This document shows positions 58,318-64,000 of a stretch of DNA of 64,000 nt, one piece after another. Under the pieces are notes generated by a model that was not told the DNA's origin, did no database searches, and worked only from the letters and a program-made list of their open reading frames with translations. The translations under genes were made by a program, and so were the position numbers. Every line of letters begins with the position of its first letter. Position 1 is the stretch's first letter. Origin of the DNA: an uncultured Planctomycetaceae bacterium (GTDB lineage Bacteria > Planctomycetota > Planctomycetia > Pirellulales > PALSA-1355); NCBI GenBank assembly GCA_963785305.1, contig CAWAUV010000002.1, forward strand, positions 96,001 through 160,000. The letters run 5' to 3'.

Positions 58318-59488
58318 GTGAATCCAAAGAAATTCCAGGTTGCCCTGCTCTTGCTGCGCGGCCATGAGTATGCCGCCCGCCTGATCGAGGGGATCTTGAG
58401 CTATGTGAGCAACCGCGCGTCGTTCGAGTTCGTCGAAGTCGCCTACAACGAGACCGGCGCCCCGCCGGTCGTTCACCGTATCAATGTGCAGGGAGCGCTG
58501 GTCTGGGGCCACCACGACCTGTCCTGCGTGTTGGATTTGCGGGAACGGGGCGCCAAAATAGTCAGTCTAAACGGAGAATGGCTGGCCGATGGAATTGCCT
58601 GCGTCGGATTCGACATGAATGCCGCGACCAATTCGGCGGTCAAACATCTGGCCCAATTCAAGCCCAAGGTGGTCGTTCATGCGGGACACCTGACGGCGAA
58701 AAACCCCGGGAAAATCCGACTCCGCGATACCTTCCTCAACCGCGCCCGGAAAGTGTGCGGGAAAGCGATGGCGTTCGAGGCGCCGGGCGTCCCCAGCGAG
58801 GAACGCCATCGGCTGGCCGAACCGGCAAACGAACCGGAGATCATCCAGTTCCTCCGAGCACTGACGTTTCCCGCCTGCATCTATTGCGACGATGACTACG
58901 TGGGCGTATTGCTGGCAAAGGTGGCGCGGCACATCGGCCTAGCGGTGCCTGGAGATATTTTCATCCTGGGCTTTTTCGATCTGGCCATCGCCCGATTTTC
59001 AGCGCCCACGCTCAGTTCCATCCCCGCGCATGGAGAAATGGTCGGCGCCGCGGGAATTCAATTACTCGACGAGCTGCTGCACGGCGCGCCTGCTCCCACC
59101 AAGCAGGTGCTTATCGCGCCTGCTCCCGTGATTCAGCGGGAATCGACGGGGGGAAATGCGGTGATCAACGATGGCATTCGCCGTGCCCGTCGATTAATCG
59201 AAGAACTCGCCTGCCAAGGGTTGTCGGTCAGTCAATTGGTCGAATTTTTGGGGATTTCACAGAAGACGTTGAACAAACGCTTCCTAGCGGCCTACGGCAT
59301 GACCCCGGGGGCCGCCATTCGCCAGCACCGCGCCAATCGGGCCAAACAACTGCTCGTCACAACCGAACTATCCATCGCCCGAATTGCCGAAATGTGCGGA
59401 TTCGAGGAACCGTCTAATTTCAACTTTTTCTTTAATCGCGACGTGGGCTGCGCCCGGCGAATACCGTCGATCATCGCGGCAAACGTAA
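58318..59488 (+). CDS. XylR-like regulator (LacI-type sensor + AraC HTH); end inferred after a 3' indel
   Basis: CDDD..GV, VPGDIFILGFFD, PTLSSI, IQREST and LSIARIAEMCGFEEPSNF..FF. Confidence 0.85.
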
Positions 59489-59656
59489 TGCAGTCGCATG
59501 TTCCCGAAAATCATAGTTTGTTTTCGCGTTTTTAATTATCATTTCCCTCAAAAGCGGTGGTATCTGTAGTAGGGTCGAATCATTTCTTTTAGCGTCAGCA
59601 CGCCAGCTAACGACTTACTAGCCCAGCTCGACACCAGAACCATTAGGAAAGCGGAC

Positions 59657-60640
59657 ATGTCCAAGACGAATGCACGTAAATGCACGGCGCGGCGGGGATA
59701 CATGGCATGGATGGCGGCGGGGGCGTTGGCACTCTCCGCGGCCGGCGGCGCTCGGGCGGATTTTATTTCCACCTCTTCCATCGACCCGTCGAACGGTGAC
59801 AATGTCGTCACATTCACCTACAGCAATATAACGAATACCGTGAATACTGGAACCTGGACGGTGCCCAACGGCGTGAGTTCCGTCGAGGTCCTCGTCGTCG
59901 GCGGCGGTGGCGGCGCCACGTCGGCTAGTAATTTTCCGTCAGCCGGTGGCGGCGGGGGCGGATTCTATAACACCTCGAGTTACACAGTGACCGGTGGGAG
60001 TGTTTTGAGCGTCGCGGTCGGCCTCGGCGGCGCGGCGGGAGCAGCTGGCGGCGACTCTGGAAGCAATGGGGGGCTCTCGCAGTTTGATCTACTGGTTGCA
60101 TCCGGAGGACAAGGTGGCCAGTACAATGTCAGCGGTGGCGCCTCGGGGGGATACGACACGAATGGTAGTTTAACAGGCCCGTTTACTGGGGTGATCGCCG
60201 GCGCCAATACCACGGCCACAGGTGCCAGCGGTGGTAGCGGCGCGGGCACGCCTGGCGTTTCAAATAATGGAGCTAGCTACGGCGGCAACGGGCTCCAGAG
60301 CGCGATTGGGGTCGGCTCGCTCACCTACTACGCCGGCGGCGGCGGCGGCGCGTATGACGATAAACCAGGCGATAACTTGGGCGGCTTAGGGGGCGGTGGC
60401 AATGGCACAGCATACCCCAACGACTACGCCCCCGGTTCTAACGGTGTGAACGGCCTGGGCGGTGGCGGTGGCGCAGGTCGAAATGCCGCGGGCGGCGCGG
60501 GCGGCTCGGGCGTCGTGATTGTTGAATACGCGCCGGTTCCCGAGCCCTCCAGTGTTGCCCTTGCCCTGCTGGGCGCGGGTGCGACGGCGATTACGATGTG
60601 GCGCCGTCGAAGGGCCCGCCTGGCTACACATGCTCTTTGA
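59657..60640 (+). CDS. Glycine-rich PEP-CTERM surface protein
   Basis: Signal peptide, WTVPNGVSSVEVLVVGGGGG...GGSGVVIVEY, then VPEPSS + TM + RRRR. Confidence 0.92.
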   Translation: MSKTNARKCTARRGYMAWMAAGALALSAAGGARADFISTSSIDPSNGDNVVTFTYSNITNTVNTGTWTVPNGVSSVEVLVVGGGGGATSASNFPSAGGGGGGFYNTSSYTVTGGSVLSVAVGLGGAAGAAGGDSGSNGGLSQFDLLVASGGQGGQYNVSGGASGGYDTNGSLTGPFTGVIAGANTTATGASGGSGAGTPGVSNNGASYGGNGLQSAIGVGSLTYYAGGGGGAYDDKPGDNLGGLGGGGNGTAYPNDYAPGSNGVNGLGGGGGAGRNAAGGAGGSGVVIVEYAPVPEPSSVALALLGAGATAITMWRRRRARLATHAL

Positions 60641-60750
60641 TTGGCCGTGCTCCTTAATGGCTCGTCGGTTTCCGAGTGGCGCTCTGCGAAAATCCCTCTC
60701 GGGGCGACAGGTTCATTGCTTCGGTTTGTAATCGCGCGGCGCCTCGGTCC

Positions 60751-60773
60751 TAACCCGACGCGTCAGCGAGGGA
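60751..60773 (+). repeat. REP-like element related to family A
   Basis: TAACCCGACGCGTCAGCGAGGGA. Confidence 0.5.
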
Positions 60774-60841
60774 TTCCGAGATCCACCGGGCGCCATGCGT
60801 TTCCGTGCGTGTTGCAGACGGAAACAGGAGAGCCTTTTTAC

Positions 60842-60917
60842 AGCCTACCCGAGAGCTTCGGCGAGTCCTCACCCTACCTCTCCCAAAGGGAGAGGGGGGA
60901 GTTGTCGGATAGGCCCT
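60842..60917. repeat. MITE-like element, family C (second copy)
   Basis: Aligns with 43887-43964 along its whole length. Confidence 0.7.
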
Positions 60918-61055
60918 TAATTGGAGCCGAATCCACCGTGCGCGGGTCCTATTCGCGGCGCTGATGCCAAGAGGCCGGGATTTCTCCCGGCCTCCTGGCC
61001 ATTGCCGCGGCGGCGCGGCCTGCTGAATCGTCCAACAGGTTGCTACAACACGCTG

Positions 61056-62191
61056 CTACAACAGGTTGACCACGCGGTCGGTCAGGCCCTTTTCGCCCAG
61101 CACGATGTTGAGCTTGCCGGCCGAGGCGATCTTTTCGAGCACCTCCAGCTCGCGCAAACGCATCAGCGTCGGGCTGCCTTCGAGCAGTTTGGCCGTGTTG
61201 GCTTGGCTGCGCATGGCCGCCGTCTCCTCGCGACGGGAGATCAAGTTGGCCTCGGCCGCCTTCTTGGCCTCCGTCACGCGGTTCATCAGGTCCTTCATGT
61301 CGCCCGGCAGGATGATGTCGCGCACACCCACCGAAACGATTTCCAGACCAAACTCGCTCACGCGCTGGCGAAGCAATTCCTCCAGCTCGCGAGCCACGGC
61401 GTCGCGGTCGATCAGGAACGTGTCCAGTTCGCGCGCACCAACCACCGCCCGCACCGCCAACTGGGCCTCGCGATACAGCGCCTGCCGCGCGTTGTCGACC
61501 GTGCTCACCGCCTGCCGCGCGTCGGCCACCCGGTAGGTGACCACCGCGTTCATGCGCAGCGTGACCTTGTCGGCGGTCATGATCTCCTGACCGGCGATGT
61601 CGATCATCTGCTCGCGCAGATCCTCTTGGACGAACTTGACCTGGGCCAAGTTCTTCCAGAAGGCGTAGCGGCCCGGCGGCAGCGTGCCCTCGAACTTGCC
61701 GTCGATGAACAGCACGCCCGCATGGTGCGGCTCGACCGTGGCCAGCTCGAGCACTCGCTCGACGCCGGCGCCGCGAGCGATCACGCGCAGGTCCGGGTGC
61801 TCGAAGCGCACGAGTTGCTTGGCGTCCGCCGCTGCGCGCCGTCGGCGGCGCGCAGGCTGACAATCTCCGTCCGCACTTCGCGCAGGCCGGTCCAGTAGGC
61901 GTATAGGCCCGGCGGCAGCACATGGCTGAACCGGCCGTCGATCCAGACCAGCGCGCGCTCGTAGTCCTTCAGGTCGAGCACGACGGCCCGATCCTTCAAC
62001 ACGCCGGCGCGCACAAGCAGATCGAGCTTCTCGTGCATCAGCCACGGGTCGCGCTTCGACACGATGTCGGCCTTGAGCTTGCCCCAGAAGTCGAACAGCC
62101 AGTAGCTGCCCGGCTCCATGAGCCGCTGGAACTCGCCGTCGCGGAAGAGCAGACCGAACTCGTAGCCGCGGATATTGATGTGCTTGAACAT
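61056..62191 (-). CDS. SPFH/band-7 (slipin-like) protein with repeated N-terminal beta modules, split by indels
   Basis: Three GLLF.DG....L.PG.Y.FW-type modules, then QEIMTADKVTLRMN, VRDIILPG and RSQANTAKLLE..PTLMRLRELE.LEKI. Confidence 0.88.
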
Positions 62192-62203
62192 GATCACCTC
62201 CTT
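62192..62203 (-). promoter_or_regulatory. Extended Shine-Dalgarno AAGGAGGTGATC
   Basis: 12-nt perfect complement of the conserved 16S 3' tail GAUCACCUCCUU, directly before the slipin ATG. Confidence 0.85.
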
Positions 62204-62665
62204 GCGCGGCGGATCAATGCAGGCCGCGCGACTGCTGGTAAGACTAAAGGACACCCTTGGGCGGCGGACGTTCGCCTGATCACACTTTGGAGCGCGGAGT
62301 TTCGCTTGAGCGGGCAACTCGCGCCGCGGCGTCGGATGGTTGCCACGAGCGTTCGCGCCGCGGTCGCCGGGCCCACGTTGCCGCGGGCACAAGACCACAG
62401 CTTGATACGTTCGCTTTCACCACCGCCGGCCGCGGCGCTTCATGCCCGTGGTATCGACGGACTACAGGGCACTCTCTCAGTGTTGCCGTCGCCTAGCATC
62501 GGCCGCGGTCAGACACAGTTGCCGCCGGGACGAATCCCGGCTCGACAAGCCGCGCCGACGCCGCCGATGTTTTTCCAGTCGACAAGCCGACCAAAACGCT
62601 CGCCCGCCTCCCGCGGGCTTCTTGGTGGATACGCTTACGCGTTTCCTGATGGGGGTTTTCACCCC
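62204..62665 (-). ncRNA. Candidate large structured ncRNA or leader, family unknown
   Basis: Near-continuous helices with GNRA loops (GAAA, GUAA, GCAA), a UUCG loop and many G-U pairs that only work on the minus strand; no credible CDS. Confidence 0.6.
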
Positions 62666-62742
62666 TGGTGTGGACGGGAGTCGAACCCGCGACAGTCAGG
62701 TTATTGGCCTGATGCTCTATCCAGTTGAGCTACCACGGAACC
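62666..62742 (-). ncRNA. tRNA-like element (mimic or pseudo-tRNA)
   Basis: Canonical D arm TAGCTCAACTGGATAGAGC and T arm GCGGGTTCGACTCCCGT; loop CCAATAA; only 4 contiguous acceptor pairs followed by ACCA. Confidence 0.75.
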
Positions 62743-62855
62743 GGCGCAGCCTTCGTTAGAATCCAGAACGCGGAACACACTCGGCCAACAACCAAACGGT
62801 CGGGCCGAGCGCGCCGCTGGCCGGGCTGCGTCACCTTGCTTGAAGTTCAAAAGAA

Positions 62856-62927
62856 AAACGCTGGTGGGAGTCGAACCCACTTGAAACTGCTTTGCAGGCA
62901 GTCGCCGTGCCGGCTGGCTCCAGCGTC
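62856..62927 (-). tRNA. tRNA-Cys(GCA), atypical, no CCA
   Basis: GACGCTG/CAGCGTT, ACTGC-CTGCAAA-GCAGT, GGTTCGACTCC; U73; G at position 8. Confidence 0.85.
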
Positions 62928-62938
62928 ACGAAATTGAG

Positions 62939-63011
62939 TGTCCTCGCCAGGAATCGAACCTAGCCCTCGACCTTCGCAGAGTCGCGTGCGAATCCGCCAC
63001 ACTCCGAGGAC
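62939..63011 (-). tRNA. tRNA-Arg(GCG), atypical, no CCA
   Basis: GTCCTCG/CGAGGAC, CGACT-CTGCGAA-GGTCG, GGTTCGATTCC; G8. Confidence 0.85.
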
Positions 63012-63035
63012 ATCTATATAGCTGTCATCCACCCA

Positions 63036-63108
63036 CGCCGGGCCGAGGAGTCGAACCTCGTCTTGCAGTTTCGAGGACTGCCGTGCTTGTCCGGCACACT
63101 CGCCAGGC
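63036..63108 (-). tRNA. tRNA-Arg(TCG), atypical, no CCA
   Basis: GCCTGGC/GCCCGGC (one mismatch), GCAGT-CCTCGAA-ACTGC (C33), GGTTCGACTCC; G8. Confidence 0.8.
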
Positions 63109-63124
63109 ATTTTCAAGGAATCAG

Positions 63125-63198
63125 TAGCCCGTCCAGGGATCGAACCAGGTCTTGCAGCTTCGGAGGCTGCCGTGCGAATCCGGCTACACTCACGGACT
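63125..63198 (-). tRNA. tRNA-Arg(CCG), atypical, no CCA
   Basis: AGTCCGT/ACGGGCT, GCAGC-CTCCGAA-GCTGC, GGTTCGATCCC; G8. Confidence 0.85.
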
Positions 63199-63208
63199 AT
63201 TCACTCAG

Positions 63209-63282
63209 AGCCGACGACTGGATTCGCACCAGCATCAAGCGGTTTACAAGACCGCCGCCTTTCTCAGTCGAGCCACGTCGGC
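63209..63282 (-). tRNA. tRNA-Thr(TGT), atypical, no CCA
   Basis: GCCGACG/CGTCGGC, GCGGT-CTTGTAA-ACCGC; T loop TGCGAAT (G55). Confidence 0.8.
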
Positions 63283-63295
63283 AAACATCAATCAG

Positions 63296-63365
63296 CACGA
63301 GCGCGAGGAGTCGAACCCCGTTGGGCGGTTTTGGAGGCTGCTGCCGCTCCCAGGAGCACACTCGT
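63296..63365 (-). tRNA. tRNA-Trp(CCA), degenerate, no 3' CCA
   Basis: ACGAGTG/CGCTCGT + G73, loop CTCCAAA, GGTTCGACTCC; two mismatches in the anticodon stem. Confidence 0.7.
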
Positions 63366-63370
63366 ATAAC

Positions 63371-63398
63371 GGCCCCGGGCCGGTGAAGGCCCGGAGCC
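63371..63398 (-). other. GC-rich hairpin between the HNH stop and the first tRNA
   Basis: GGCTCCGGGCC-TTCACC-GGCCCGGGGCC with no U tract. Confidence 0.6.
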
Positions 63399-63405
63399 GA
63401 TCGCA

Positions 63406-64000
63406 TCAATCTTCCAGCTTCACGTTCCAGTAGGCTTCGCTGACGAACTTGGCCCAACTGGCGATCCGCACTCGGTGGGCCGCATAGAGCGGCTTCCACG
63501 TCGGGCGGACCGGCGGCCGGCGGAGCTTCATGCCGGCCTGCTGCGGCGTGCGGTCGGCCTTGCGCTTGTTGCAGGCCACGCATGCCAGCACGCAGTTCTC
63601 CCAGGTCGAAGTGCCGCCGTGCGACCGCGGAACGACGTGGTCGATCGACAGCTCTTCGGTGCCCGGCTGGACACTGCAATACTGGCACGTGTAATGGTCA
63701 CGCTTGAACACGTTGCGACGGCTGAACGCCACGGCCGCGGTCGGCAGCCGGTCGAAGCCGGTCAGCGTGATCACCTCCGGCACACGCAGCCGCAGCCGAA
63801 CCGCCTGAATGAACCGCTCACCCTCGGTCGGGCGCAGCTGCGACCAGTCGGCCCAGTCGTACAGCCGGAAGTCGTGCGGGTCGACCACGCGAGCCGACTC
63901 GTTCCAAAGCATCGTCAGGGCACGTTCCACCGTGGCGACGTTGACCGGCTGCCAGTTGCGGTTCAGCACCAGCGTCGGGCGTTCCAGGATCTTGGCTACC
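63406..64000 (-). CDS. Zn-binding HNH endonuclease (start codon probably straddles the right edge)
   Basis: PTLVLNRNWQP...VPEVI.L...FSRRNVFKRDHYTCQYC...IDHVVPRSHGG..TWENCVLACVACNKRK. Confidence 0.93.
   Translation of the reverse strand, partial: VAKILERPTLVLNRNWQPVNVATVERALTMLWNESARVVDPHDFRLYDWADWSQLRPTEGERFIQAVRLRLRVPEVITLTGFDRLPTAAVAFSRRNVFKRDHYTCQYCSVQPGTEELSIDHVVPRSHGGTSTWENCVLACVACNKRKADRTPQQAGMKLRRPPVRPTWKPLYAAHRVRIASWAKFVSEAYWNVKLED

Noticed and set aside
62192..62203. 16S rRNA 3' fragment (GATCACCTCCTT on +)
   Set aside because: Only 12 nt with no other rRNA sequence; explained as the slipin SD on the minus strand.
62666..62742. YrlA-type Y RNA
   Set aside because: YrlA has the T arm before the D arm with a closed acceptor. 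Here the order is that of a normal tRNA and no Ro-binding stem is evident. A covariance search is needed to exclude it fully.
62847..63433. Short ORFs over the tRNA array
   Set aside because: Incidental translations of tRNA genes.
63406..64000. IscB/HEARO or Cas9-like RNA-guided nuclease
   Set aside because: The protein is ~200 aa with only an HNH domain; no PLMP or RuvC motifs and no IS200/605 ends are visible.

Overview
GC-rich bacterial chromosomal window. Gene content and style point to a planctomycete (inference). Single-base indels break almost every long gene, including smc, ftsH, sdhA and queG, so the assembly is probably an unpolished long-read consensus; split genes are reported here as single loci. 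Content in order: a coupled Schlafen/AlbA_2-HATPase + ParA pair; a partial ebo-like cluster; a secreted hydrolase; smc; rluD-like; an ISKra4-type IS whose right end abuts stacked 8-bp repeats; prfB with its CTT-TGA-C frameshift; an operon of HTH-PTS IIA regulator, Ehr-type large and small subunits and SbtA/SbtB-like genes with no Ehr membrane subunits; a two-component pair; phoD; ftsH; sdhCAB; crcB + tandem DUF190; a sulfotransferase; an FAD/Fe-S oxidoreductase; a cysteine desulfurase; queG; signalling genes; and a beta-helix/CBM6 + XylR-like + PEP-CTERM block. The right end holds the strongest novelty candidate, a minus-strand unit of HNH nuclease, six atypical CCA-less tRNAs (Trp, Thr, 3x Arg, Cys), a long hairpin, a tRNA mimic, a ~470-nt highly structured candidate ncRNA and an SPFH/slipin gene. 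All calls come from reading the sequence by eye; no searches were run.
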